DNA of 48,575 bases, filler included, from Sphacelaria rigidula (lineage: Eukaryota): assembly GCA_964200075.2 (NCBI GenBank). It is 3 parts of 3 records of this genome, joined end to end, with 100 filler letters (N's around TTAATTAATTAA, not from the genome) between each part and the next. Parts side by side here need not be neighbours in the genome. Positions count along the whole stretch, not along the records: positions 32,452 to 48,575 come from CAXNAA020001476.1; 2 more parts are not named here. One strand, written 5' to 3'. The notes below the pieces were generated by a model, which made no database searches, was not told the DNA's origin, and worked only from the letters and a program-made list of their open reading frames with translations. Shown here in pieces: positions 36,646 through 48,575 of this stretch. Made by a program: the position numbers and the translations under genes. How positions within the stretch are numbered: position 1 is the first letter of the stretch; each line of letters starts with the position of its first letter.

Positions 36646-37157
36646 CTGAAAAAAATTCAGGTGCCAAAACACAAGAGAAGGTGTTTATAATTGCACTACT
36701 TGTTTCGGGGGGGTGTACTCATGATCATGCATGCCAAAGTCATAAGACCATTGACCTCGCATCCCTACAAAGCCGGGACAGGGGGGGTTCCAAGACTACT
36801 AATGTGTACTCATGATCATGCATGCCATAGTCAAGACTACTAATGGGAGCACTCAAACAAAGCAGATAAGGCATAACGTTACACTCATCAATTTCTGTGC
36901 ACCTTAATGAATACCCGCTCTCTGTGCGGCCACCATGAGTACCTGCCAATGTCGCACGTTGTACGACTTCCCAGGTCCGAGGCGCGAACCAAGCACATGG
37001 CAACGGTTTCATCAACCACGGCGATACTCCGGCCGAAATGAACACCGGCAAAACTCTTCACCAAGATCCATATTTTGTTTTCCATATCGCCGCACTCACA
37101 CCACCCCCACCACCGACAACAATGAAATGCCCAACTTATACGCTTCACTGCACCCAC

Positions 37158-37454
37158 CTTGCCCATATCGAACTCTCCCTCAAGCCCAGCGCGCTTCATT
37201 GCCATCGCCTGCAAACCGCGCACGCGCTCCTGCTCCCGCGCGCGCAATCCTTGCCTCTCAATCGCAGCACCGCTCGCACTCCGCACCCCCACCACTTCCT
37301 CAGCGCCACCGCCGCCCCCGGCATTGCCCCCGCCGCTAACATTGCTCCCGGTTCCATTACCGATGCCCTTTTTCTTGGATTTCCCCTTGTCGGGAGTAAC
37401 GTGACCAGCCAGGCCACCGGTCTTACCGTCGGCGGCTCCCGCACCAACAACCAT

Positions 37455-37489
<35 letters not shown>

Positions 37490-38162
37490 TCTTCTGCACG
37501 TTGGACTTATCCTTTGCTGACGCCGTAAGTAAAGCGGGAGGAGTTCTCGGTGCGCCCGCGTTGATGTGTGGCGGTGTTACGTTTCCGAGGTCTGCATCCT
37601 TTTTAGCGTCGTCGGCATTTGGTTCGGCCGCTTGTTCTCCGTCCATATCCATCATCACGGGAACATCGCCATCGTCGCTCACCTCCTCTTCCCCGGCACC
37701 ACCGGCGCCGCCGCCATTGTTGCCGCCGTTGGAAACACCCTCTTCCGACGAGGGAGACTCACGGCCGGTACGAGCAGAAGATGCCGGGGAAGCATTGATG
37801 TCTCCGATGACGTCACTTCCAGCGGCACTCTTGGTCGTTTTGGCGGTTGCGGGCCAACTGTCGGGCGTGTCATCGGCCGCGCCGCCTCCGCCCGAGCCGC
37901 TGCCTCCACCCTCGGCGCCTCCAGAGCTGCTACCCTGACTGATGGAGAGCGACGAGGAAGCCTTGGTGCTCTTGACGTCGTTTTCGGAATCGATTTCGCT
38001 CTCCGAACTGTTGAGAGATGACACGGATAGAAAGGGAGACTGTTCCGTGCAGTCGTCGACGGAGCGGGAAGATCGCCACGTCGTTGGCGGTAGGCGTGCG
38101 GAGAGGAGGTGCGAGCGCATGACCATGAACCACCGTTCCCATTCCTCGCGCTCTGCTTCCAC
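37158..38162 (-). CDS. Unknown protein, exon 4 (Ser/Gly-rich, with poly-Gly from a GCC repeat)
   Basis: actttag|VEAEREEWERWFMVMRSHLL...GEFDMGK|gtgggt; 335 codons, phase 0/0. Confidence 0.78.
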
Positions 38163-39009
38163 CTAAAGTTGACGCACAACACCGCAAGGTAAAATAAGGA
38201 ATGGGCAACAGTACGGATCACACGGAGGTGGGGGGGGGGGGGGGAAAACCGGAGAGGCCTTTATTTCTAAACCGGTTAAAAACAGCCCTCTCACGACAAG
38301 AAACAAAACANNNNNNNNNNAACCCACAACAGAAAAGAGAAAAAAAAGGGGGGGAAAAGAGGAGAGCCCCCAGGGGGGGGGGGGGGGGGGGGGGTAAACA
38401 AGAGAGGCATTTATTTCAAAACCAGTAAATAGTAGACGTTTCGCGATATGAATCAAGACAAGTCATCAAGGAGAACGGGAATATAAAAAACCAGGTGCTG
38501 GACAAAAAAAAACAGTTAAGTATACTTGCAACACAGTTGTAAATATACGAAAACTCGCGCGCTTGCCAGAAATGCGTGTGCTCTTATGCTCGCAATTCCC
38601 GCACACCGTGTACTTTCTCTTCCGATTAAACACGTCACACGTACTACGAGAACCAGCGAAGGAAAGCAGGGGGCAAAACAATGGCGTACGTGCTCTACAA
38701 CTCTAGCAATTCCAGAACGACGTCAGTGTTCACCGAGGCAGACGCTACCACACAATACTCCGGGAATTCCGCGGCAACTCAACATGGACGTAGAGCACCC
38801 TCACCACTCCCCCCGACTCGAGAGAATCGTGAGGATTACAATTCAACAATCACCAACAAGCCCAAGATTATTGTAAAACGCTAAGCTCATGTAAAGACAA
38901 CATTTTCCCTGGTAACACACATCAATCCCCCGCCCACCCCCTCTCGCCCTCCCCTCCTGTCTTCGTTTCTCATTGCTCCCGTTTGCTCAGTCTGCATTAT
39001 GTGCTTCAC

Positions 39010-39195
39010 CTTAGCATCCTCCTCCATTGCAGTTGCTAGAGCCTTCTTGTGAGCCTCCAGCTCCGGCTGAATAGAGTGGGGGTTCTTCATCCATCCCTCT
39101 AGCCGCCGGATCTTGCTGTCACGCCGACTGTTCTTGGGTATGGGGGGCGCCAAGGAACTGCGAACAGCACCCGGCAGAATGTTTTTTTCTATCGT
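39010..39195 (-). CDS. Unknown protein, exon 3
   Basis: gtgcag|TIEKNILPGAVRSS...WMKNPHSIQPELEAHKKALATAMEEDAK|gtgaag; 62 codons. Confidence 0.72.
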
Positions 39196-40243
39196 CTGCA
39201 CAACAAAGAAGAGAGGTGTGGTGGACAGGGGGCGGGCAGCCAAAGCGCTCGGTATTCATTGACTCGGACACCCTACGTAGCTCAAGCAGGCTCGCAGGGT
39301 ACATCCTACCACCGTTGTTGGAGCTCGGACTTCGGCCTCGGTTTGACTGCGCTGTGCGTCGGAATGTGCCTATTTCGCTGGATGGGTTGACCCGTGTCGT
39401 CCGCTGTACAGATATATACCCCTCGCGGGAGTACATGCGAAAATATCTTTTCGTGTTGACTGTACATTGAGGGATACGCAGTACCGGCGTTCACCGTGTC
39501 AACCGATAGCAAAAGAAAAAAACATTCGCCTCGACTTCAAGACCGCAATAATCAAGACCCGCCCTACGGAGCGGGGACAGCACCATGAGGAGTAAGTACC
39601 CTTTTGGTCTGCTAGGTAGAATATGACACGATATTCATATAGTATCCAGCAGTTCAAGCTGAAATTCCGAACACATTTCAGGGGGGGCGTACTCATTTGT
39701 TGCTTGCCTTAGTCATTTGACCATTGACCACGCATCCCTTTCGAGACGGAGCATTCAGGGGGGGGGAAAGTGCGATATGTGTGGTAGTCGAAACCCGACC
39801 TCTGGATCATGACTACCCATGGTACATTATTATTATTATTATTATATCCATCCCATTAGCTCGATCTCTCGAACCCGTGGTCATAGAGTGCGTACAATCT
39901 ACTTGAAAATAACCAGATTCGCTGTTGCAAGTGCTGTCCCCAAGTAAAACCAACTTCTGGGAACGCCTGCATACGCCGCAAACAGACGTTAATAATTAAA
40001 CGGGGGTACACAGTTGCGCGAGTCGGGATAACTTCCAAGGTAACACGAATCATGTTTCCCTTCACACGCAACGACTTCTACTGAGCAGAGTTAGACTCGT
40101 GCGTGCCTGGTTCAAGCTGTACACGCTATGACTATGACACCCTAAATAATGAAGATTATTTGCTGCTACGATTATACTCTATACATCAGCACTTTGCCAC
40201 GTACTATAGTACCTGGCACGTCCGATCTACACTGGTCACCTAC

Positions 40244-40421
40244 CTGCAAATCAACAACCGACTCGATATCTTTGATGTCCGTCCTGGCATCTGTCTTCAG
40301 CACAGCTGTAACCCCCGAGATGTTCGTGGGTATTGGCCCGACAAGTTTTTTCTTCTTGTCCGCCGCGGCAGGTGCTTTGTTATCGATTTCGTAAAATGCA
40401 TCTCTCCAATCTCCGCCATTC
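40244..40421 (-). CDS. Unknown protein, exon 2
   Basis: cttgtcag|(R)NGGDWRDAFYEIDNK...DIESVVDLQ|gtaggt; phase 2/0. Confidence 0.72.
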
Positions 40422-40540
40422 CTGACAAGCATGTCGTTGTTTCAATCACCAACAGATGAGACGTACAGACATATGGGCAGAGAGAAAAGAGATCGGGATC
40501 AAGCAACACATACACACACGCACACGTGAGCCGAACTTAC

Positions 40541-40593
40541 CTCTCCGACGGCAGCGAAGCGCCCGTCAGTGGTAAGCCTTTCGCCATCGACAT
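40541..40593 (-). CDS. Unknown protein, exon 1
   Basis: aaacATG, MSMAKGLPLTGASLPSE(R), strong donor AG|gtaagt; phase 2 matches exon 2. Confidence 0.65.
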
Positions 40594-40828
40594 GTTTCCG
40601 TAAATGCTACTGTAGCGTAGTTTTACAAAAAAAAAGCGCCAGGTTCACGCACTACTACTACTTTTACTCAGGTCTCCGCTTCGGTCGTGCGGGGTGCAGA
40701 GATAACTGAACAATGGCATACGGCTGGGTTTCTAGTGAATTGGAGTATGACCATGTCTTGCTTCAGCTTACTCCCTTCTTCCTTCCGGAGAGATGGGCAA
40801 TTTGAATATCATGAATCAGTGTGTAGCT

Positions 40829-43628
40829 TCATCGGTTCCATTCCTCATCGTCTTCGCTGCCCATAATGTATAATGCCCACATCTCCACCTCTGCTGCACC
40901 AAGCACTAGAGGATCGCTGTGGGGGAGAATAAAAATCCACAATCAAAAGGAATACCTCCGGTCTCTGGTCACAGCCCTCTCCGATGCATCAACAGCTCGG
41001 CTCCTGCGTTTCTCATAGTCATCATCCAATCCGACGCCGATGATAACATGCGCGCGAGACACAACGGCAAACAAGGGGAAAGGAGGACACGTGAACAGGT
41101 TGATTGCTACCGCCCTGCTTAGCACTGGGCAGGTTGTGTATTGTTGTATTGTGCATGGCATGGGGTGCGGTATATAGTCGGCATTTCTGATAGGCGCATG
41201 ATACTCTAGAAAGTAGAGCTAATGTACATGTAGGTGACGTGATGCAGTGACATTCACGGCGGGTGGGGCCAACATATACGCATGACGTACACTTGCGGAA
41301 TGCACACCTCATAATTCCCGGTTTGGTCGTTGTTAAGTAGGAGCCGTGCGCAGATCGTTGATCGTACACCGTGTTCTCGACGGCACTGGGTACCTGGTCC
41401 TCAAAAACTTGTGACGCGGTGTACTTACTTGCTGCTGTGCTTACACCTTACTGTCTGCGCGTGCGTTCGCTAGAGCTGTGAGTGTTTTCGACCCGATGAA
41501 TCAAAACAATTATAATCGCGATGCAAGCAAGCCCGGAGTGACCTGTTCCTATTAATAGTGCTACGGGTTGGTGTCTACTACAATGCACAAGGACAATTCA
41601 GATGACACATTGCATCCCTTGGATAGAAAACATACTGCACTTTTCGTTTCTACCAGGAGATTCAGGACCTTCGCCGGTGCTCAATAAAGAATGTACGATG
41701 GCCAATGATAATACTTGATTAATCAATTAATTAATTAACCAATTAATCAATTAATGTCTGTTGGGATATGGTCGGGATGTGGTTTATATTTTTTGGACTG
41801 AGGGAAAACAATATCGACAAAAACGCGCGAACCATGGACGGCGTTGTGCCGACAGATACTATACTCCGCGGTACAACCCTGAAAAAAAGCGAATAACAGG
41901 TGTGTATTGTACCAGTAAAATCGTGTGTGATAGCTGCGTGTGAAGACAAATACACAAAATGATTTCAGCTGGATCACCGTACGTTCCTAGTCTCTCACCA
42001 GCGTAAATAGGCCACACCCCATCTCCAGCTATTCGGTGTACTTCGTCATCTGTCGACGAATAGCATGTACTGTACGAGTAATGGCTTCGCAATGTAGAAA
42101 TTGCGAATGCATTCAACTTCTTACAGACCTAGAACAGTACAGAGCACCTCGCCAAAACTATCACTACGCCCCTCCCCACCCCCCCCCCTGGGTCAACAAG
42201 ATATGCAAACAATTTCAAATCCACCTAGCACGGGACATGCCGCCTGCGGCGACCATGAATTACCCAACACACACTCTACAGTATCTCGTGATTGCAGTTG
42301 ACTGTCAGCGTGTTTGCAATGGTTTCGGGCGATAAACAAAAAACAAGGACACTACACACATGGAAGGCAGTTGGTGTTGTCTCTCAGCAGAATCCTGCAC
42401 AGTACGGCTACAGCAGTGGAGTACCGGTACAGTACTGTACAACAGACAGCGGAGTAGAGTTTTCAGAAACTCGTACGCTTCCAACCCTACAGAAGTGTAC
42501 TACTGTAGCTTGTTGCGATGCACACACGCGGCGAAGATTGTACAAAAGTAGCGCACGTTGGCCTATCCGCGGAGATTTTTCTGCTGGTGCATCTTTTCTT
42601 CCCGCAATCAACATAGCTGTGTTCCTGCTCGGTTGGACCCCTACAATCGAAATTTGGCGCCGTTTCTACATGCTGTCCCATACGACACAGGTGATTGTCT
42701 ATCCACACTTCCGCTGTCTTGCGCGACAGCAGCCGGGAACAAGAAGGGCAGCAACGAGAGTCGGCGCTGCCCTAGACCCATGTCGACATAGTTTGCCGCG
42801 AAGCACACACCACTAGGAAACATGTTCAATGGTCGAAACAAAATAAAAACATCCAGCCCCACGCCCCTCCATTGGTTAGGTACGTGCTGGTGCGGCGCGA
42901 TCCCGCCGAGGAAGACACGACTCGCTCGGTTCAAAATCGCACATGTGTATGTGTGTACCACGGTATGTGACAGACGACACCACTCACGAGATAATCTTCC
43001 ACAGTAAACATGGCTTACTTACACCCTGAGGAGTGCTATGTGACATCTTCGACTGCCTGCGCGAGCTAGGACAACAACCGTTTGCGAGGCCTCGTGCACG
43101 GAGTATCGCCCCAAGGTCATCGTGAGACCCAAACGGACAGTAAGTACTGTCGGCAAAAGTATTCAGAGTACAGTATAAATAGAGTAGTACCGCGCGATCA
43201 GTACTACAGCAGTTCAGGCAATGTTGTACCGTACCGCAAGGCAGAGTGCAGTGAAGTACATGTGGGGCGCACAACGACACAATACCCAACCCCGACGCTC
43301 ACCTTTTCCGTGTAACAATGGACATGCCAACTGTCTCCGCCATGACAACCCTTGCTTGTTCAGGTGTCGGCTCGACTGTCCAGCTCTCACAAGTACCCCA
43401 ACCAAAATAGACGGATCGGTTCCGTCTGCCGAATTTTCAACTTGTTTGCAACACGAAAAATCTCTCGCTAAACCAAACGCCCTGGTGGGTGAAAAGTTCC
43501 AGAATCGCTGCACCTTATGGCGCCGTGGCGTACTGAAGCACTTTTCCCTTTCCCTAGTTGAGATGTCGTGGTTTGGTTGCTCGGTAATCGCAAGTTGTTG
43601 ATACACCACCCTGAACCTGGGTTCTTGC
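40829..43628 (-). CDS. Weak candidate exons of a further unknown gene (about 40829-40916, 40956-41003, 41981-42049, 42557-42713, 43304-43628)
   Basis: Several short open segments bounded by cag|...|gt signals (for example GGAAAG|gtgagc near 43304; terminal DPLVLGAAEVEMWALYIMGSEDDEEWNR*). No recognisable domain, and a full phase chain was not established. Confidence 0.25.
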
Positions 43629-44617
43629 GAATATATCGACAAAACTGTAAATGGGCGTGTTCGCACAAATTGGGAGATGAATTAAACTTTCCCCGCTACA
43701 GTGACAGAAGACAGAAAACAGAAGACAATTGACAACAGTACAGTACAGTAACAAGATGGGATCATATTTCAAGATTGCGGGAATAGCAGAAGCATACAGA
43801 GGGCGCTGTGATATGCATTGTGCAGACGGCAGCAGCCCAGTTCAGAGATAGTCTCACCATTGCTACGTACATGTTTAATACGTCGGTCTTGCGTTGGCTG
43901 GATCGGGGGCGAGAAGCACGACATCCTGCACTTGACTACTTGTAGTTCAGCAGACAGAACAGAGATCAGTAACGTTTAGCTGCACGGTAAGCTACGGTAC
44001 GGCACATGAGGTGCAGTCCGCACTAGACAGCAGAGGTATCAGTACTTCACTGTATGTACTGCGCTGCAGAACAATGTTAGTACAGCAATGCGCTGCCCAC
44101 ACACGCAGGAGATGCCATGGCCGGTATGTTTGTGTATGATATGGTTCAACGGCAATGTATGTGCGCGTGTGTGCGTACACAAAGATACTGGGGGAATGAT
44201 GTGCCAGCGTACGGCATCGCGTCCGCATACTCAACCTCGTACTACAGACTGTAGGCTTCGAACGGTATCATAGTCTAGGCCACCCTAAAAATGGATTCAA
44301 ACTGTCACACCGATATCTGATCGGCACAGACGATTTGGGTCGTGATCTGCAAATCTTGTCAATCGTTAACCGTCCAATCAACAGCGGGCAGATAGACCCA
44401 AATATTGTCTTCAACAACCCAGTAAGATGCGTTCTCGTTGATTTCGCCATGTCGGGTAAATCTCATGGCGTACGGAGATGTCTGGACACTAATGTCCGTA
44501 CGAAACCCCGCCACAACACGATCAGCAGATGAAGCTTACTTTTGGTGTGAGCATTTGTTGGGGTACGGGTAAACGATCGATACCGCCACCGTCACCTAAT
44601 TCGTCGCCTGTCGAGAG

Positions 44618-44620
<3 letters not shown>

Positions 44621-44688
<68 letters not shown>

Positions 44689-44713
44689 ACTCACACACAC
44701 ACACACACACACA
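44621..44713. repeat. (TG)n microsatellite followed directly by (CA)n
   Basis: Long TG run to about 44687, then a CA run. Confidence 0.95.
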
Positions 44714-44809
44714 GTTTGAGAAATGTGCTTTGAAACCTGGCATGGAATATCGCAGGGGAATTACAAAACCAACTGTCTGTGGGTCATTATTTTCCCACCC
44801 ATGAATTAC

Positions 44810-46152
44810 GCCGCTTTTTATGGCAAACCATGATCAAGATCTGGGGAAAAGCTTTTGGGGATTTCTACGTTTGACGCCTCAAGGGAGAGCCAGGCGGATT
44901 TTGGCACCTTGGAATGCCTTGTTGTACTCGCTGAGACGGTTCCAGGACAACTGTTCCTTTTTTTCGGTAACTGCAGTGTTTTCTTGGCCTAAGTTATATA
45001 TTTCTCGAAGACCGTATTCCGCGGCCCGTGGCGTAGGGTAGAGATGTTCATATTTTGTACTATTTGAGAGGGCCTTGACGGAGTCGATTCCTCTGATAGA
45101 GGGATCAGATGTGGAATGAGGGCTTGCGGCGGTGACGCTGCCAACCCGAGCATGGTACAGTAGTCACACACACTTGACTACCCGTACCCGTGCGTCAGCA
45201 TAAATCTATCCGCACAAGTATATCTGCACTGAGTGTACCCGTTCACATGAACAGACCGCTCATTTGTCTCGGAGACCGGCCAAGTCCACAATAACTTGGC
45301 AAATTTTTGTGGATTTAAACGGTCCTCGGGGACAATGCAAGTAAGACCAAGAAAAACTGCGGCCACCGCGGAAACGCACAGGTGCGCTGGAACCGTCTCA
45401 ACGGGGACCGACAGCAGGCATTCCAAGATGTCAAAACCCATCTATCAATACTGTAGCTCTCTTTCAGGGCGGAAGACGATGCAGAAGCTCCAAAAAGTAG
45501 GGTTGGGGACTGGAACAGTATCTACTGACAGTATTCCTGTACTGGCAGTTTTCCTGTACTGCGTCAGAGGCTGCCAGTACAGTCAGTACATACCCATCTT
45601 ACGTACGTCCTATATTATGCCTCCTAATCCACATGGAAACCCACCGAAACTGCGCCGCATGAGAGGCGGGAGAGGGGAGAGGTTGAGAACAGGGCACACA
45701 TACACTAGAGGGAGACTACAAAATCAATGGACCAATATGTCACTAGCAGCAGCAGCCCGCCCGCTTCAGACTCGAGCCGGGGCCTCAGATCCCTGAACCC
45801 GCCGCGACCTCCAGCGAATCACGATCGTTGGAGTTTTTCTCTGGGTATACTAACAACTGTTTGAAGAAGAAACGTTTTCACACCCGGGCAGGCATAATGG
45901 AAGTGGCCCAAAATCACCCCAAAAATATCTTCTAGTGAAGCCAAATCGCGTAAAAATACGCCTGCGGCGAGGCCCCCTCACCAGCCGGGGGGACCCGCGG
46001 CTTCGCCGCGACACCAATATACTGATAGGACCTAGTAATATGGCTGCTCTCCGCAGCCAGTGTACCTGGTACTGGCGCGTAGCGCCAGTCCCCAACCCTA
46101 CCAAAAAGACAGTTTTCCAGATCTTGCCTTTGTTCGACATAAGAAGCGACCT
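44810..46152. mobile_element. Diverged family A TIR element, right arm interrupted by a nested insertion
   Basis: Left arm 44810-44990 (gccgctttttatggc...caccttggaatgcc..ggttccagga). Right arm 45350-45497 resumes at 46109-46152 (acagttttccagatc...aagaagcgacct). Confidence 0.72.
45498..46100. mobile_element. Non-autonomous hAT-type DNA transposon (603 bp)
   Basis: Perfect 16-bp TIRs TAGGGTTGGGGACTGG / CCAGTCCCCAACCCTA; exact 8-bp TSD CCAAAAAG (45490-45497, 46101-46108); CAGTA/TACTG subterminal motifs. Confidence 0.9.
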
Positions 46153-48575
46153 TGAGGGCAAAAAATGAAAATATTCTTCACAAAAAAGTCGTCAACAAAT
46201 GAAATTTATGTTTTCTCAATCACCGATTATTTTCGTAATGCCCCTTCGATACTTGATAATAATTTTGTCAGAGCAAGCCTCAAAGCTAAGCTGACAAATT
46301 GCTCGTCACGTACAGATCCGTGTGTAGGCTGGCCCAGCCACAATAAAGATCCACACGACCTCAGGCTGCCGTACTACTGCACGATATCTGAGCGTGATCA
46401 GCCCATAGCTCTACAATGTACTGATTTGATGTAACACAGATGTAACTCGGATACGCTCAACGACTGCACTGTTGCGTATACAATACAGTATTGTGTCCAA
46501 GTGCCCAATTGTAAACAGCAGCACGTCGTCGGTCAGTACCGCGCCCCGATATGTGTTCATCGACAGCTCATTCCCGTCTCCCTCGTGATGTCGATCTCGC
46601 ATGTTTTCTCCAGACTGCTAATGCGAAGTACTGCGACTATTTTCATGCAAGATCAAGTAGTATCATACCACTCCTAGTTATTGATGAGGTGGGTCAACCA
46701 ATGTTTTGATCGGATGGCAATCACGCCAGTTTCACGTCTTCTGCTCCTCGCTCCCTGGGAAGTTTGGTTCTCGAAGTGAACTTACACGTGCGCTTGCTGG
46801 TGCATGCACCACCAACCGTAGTTCATTGTCGTCCCCGAACTGGTGCGGGATATCACGCTATGCTCTCATACACAAGGCCCCGCAAGTTCGCAGAAGAGCG
46901 CACAACTCAATCATGTTGTTGGTCAAAGTGCTCAAGTATCACCGCCAGCCGTTCTTAAAGAGCACACCTGCTCCCCCCATGCAACACGCACACAGTTCAT
47001 TTCCTATTGTCGCTCCAAATTTATTCGTCGGTTGGCGACTTGTCTTGACTCAACGCTTTCCTTAACAAACTCATCAATTGCATTTTTTCACGAAATAAGT
47101 ACACGTGTCGCTGCCGCGTGGCCGGACAGTAAACCACAGTGTGCGGCTGGGGGTTCTCCCCTCATTAGTTATTGGCGAGCGCCAGGATCGACGACGTGAC
47201 GAAAGCCATGTTTCCGTTACCCACACTAATTATCTTGAAAAACGCGTCCTTTGAAGCATGTATACTATGGTCCTGTCAGAGCCCCTTCGGTGGCAGAGAC
47301 TGCATACTCCCTCCCGATTCTCGTGCTCGCTGTTGATGAACAAGTATTACCCGCGGGGTCTAATTTCTAAATGTAACGAGTAGCCAAATAGCCCCCTGAT
47401 ACGGAAAAGGCTCTGCCTCCTCCCCGCAAAAAACGATGGTTGTCCTCAATGTCGCATGCCTGCCGTGTGTAGATTCAAGAACGAGCTCAAAGTAAATGTC
47501 CCCGCGACGTCTTTGTTCGATTTTCCTGCCCATGCTCCAAGCATACCTCCGCCGGGCAAGGCTCTGATGGTGTCAACCACCACCACCACTCACAATACTC
47601 ACGCGTAGCAATGACGAAGACACTGCCGAGAGGGGGGTGCCTTCGTATCCCCGGACTGGAGGCCCTGACGCAGCGCTAGCAGGCAACCAAGAACACATCC
47701 GCAGCCCCGGTATAAACCAGCACGCAACTCAACACATGTGCCTGTGGTGTAAGGTATTGATTGCTGGAAGAGAAGGAAACCGCAGCAGAGTATCATCGTG
47801 TCTTGATATTCAACCCCGGCACCAGGAGAAGGCGAGCGCAGTACACGCAACAACAATCCGCAAACAAAGCAGATAGGGAGAGAACCCTTTTACCAATCTC
47901 TTGTACGTACCACCTACCCTATGATGGGAACTCTTGACCCGATCTGATCGCGAGTGAAAGCACCAGCGAGAGCTTGACCCCAGGTGAGTGACAACACATA
48001 CAACCCTGCCATGTCCAAGTGTATCGTGGATTGTCACCCCCTACCCCCCGCCTTTGAGGATTGGCGTCGATTGGCAACGACGCTGTAAAACACGCCACTC
48101 ACTGCGTAGGCTAGGCAGTCGGGTCACCGTTTTTTTCGGCTCGCGATTTTTTGTGCAGTAATCGTGATGGTGCTCGAGTTAGATCTCCGCACAAAGGGAA
48201 TGGTCGTACCATGTGGTGAGAGACCCATGAGGCAGCGTATATCCCGTGGCTCTCTCTGAGAGTGGCGATGCCAGAAAATAAAACGACTCATTCGAGGCCA
48301 TCACCCAAGCGCGAGATAATTAGTGCTCTTCGGGCCGAACAATCTTATCAGGTTACAGTTCACCTTTCATGCGATTCGCCGAACATATCACGGCGCTTCA
48401 TGCTTGGTGATGGCAAGCCTTGTCCGGCGAAAAGCCGGCGTGCTCCGTCTCGCCTTTGAAGGGATGCGAGGCAAACAGTTCTATGACCACGGTATGCAGA
48501 GTCATGAGTACCCCCCCCCCCCAGCCCCCCACCCCAACCCACCCGCACCCAATCAAACAAACGACACCACACAAA

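Noticed and set aside
38221-38430. Apparent duplication flanking a 10-N gap
   Set aside because: Same poly-G read-degradation pattern.

Overview
Eukaryotic, intron-rich, repeat-rich nuclear DNA. It is most consistent with a brown alga or related photosynthetic stramenopile: kb-scale introns, a CYP97 with a plastid-type presequence, and TTAGGG units. Two artificial N-TTAATTAATTAA-N linkers (16127-16226, 32352-32451) join three contigs, so adjacency across them is unreliable. Contig 1 holds the 5' exons of a YAK1-type DYRK kinase (minus), head-to-head with a complete 4-exon CYP97 carotenoid-hydroxylase-family P450 (plus, about 782 aa). Contig 2 holds three exons of a class-3 lipase-like gene (one probable GC-AG intron), an intronic RTE-like LINE fragment and several MITEs. 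It also holds the most notable feature: an orphan minus-strand fragment with a divergent multisubunit RNA polymerase largest-subunit catalytic loop (CDPTGADFDGDEIHLFFITTPDARAE), flanked by MITEs and next to decayed ORFs, which may be a relic of a virus or mobile element with its own RNA polymerase. Contig 3 holds an 8-exon, 3'-truncated unknown low-complexity/coiled-coil gene (minus), weak exon candidates of a further gene, and a hAT-type non-autonomous element with an 8-bp TSD nested inside a long-TIR MITE.
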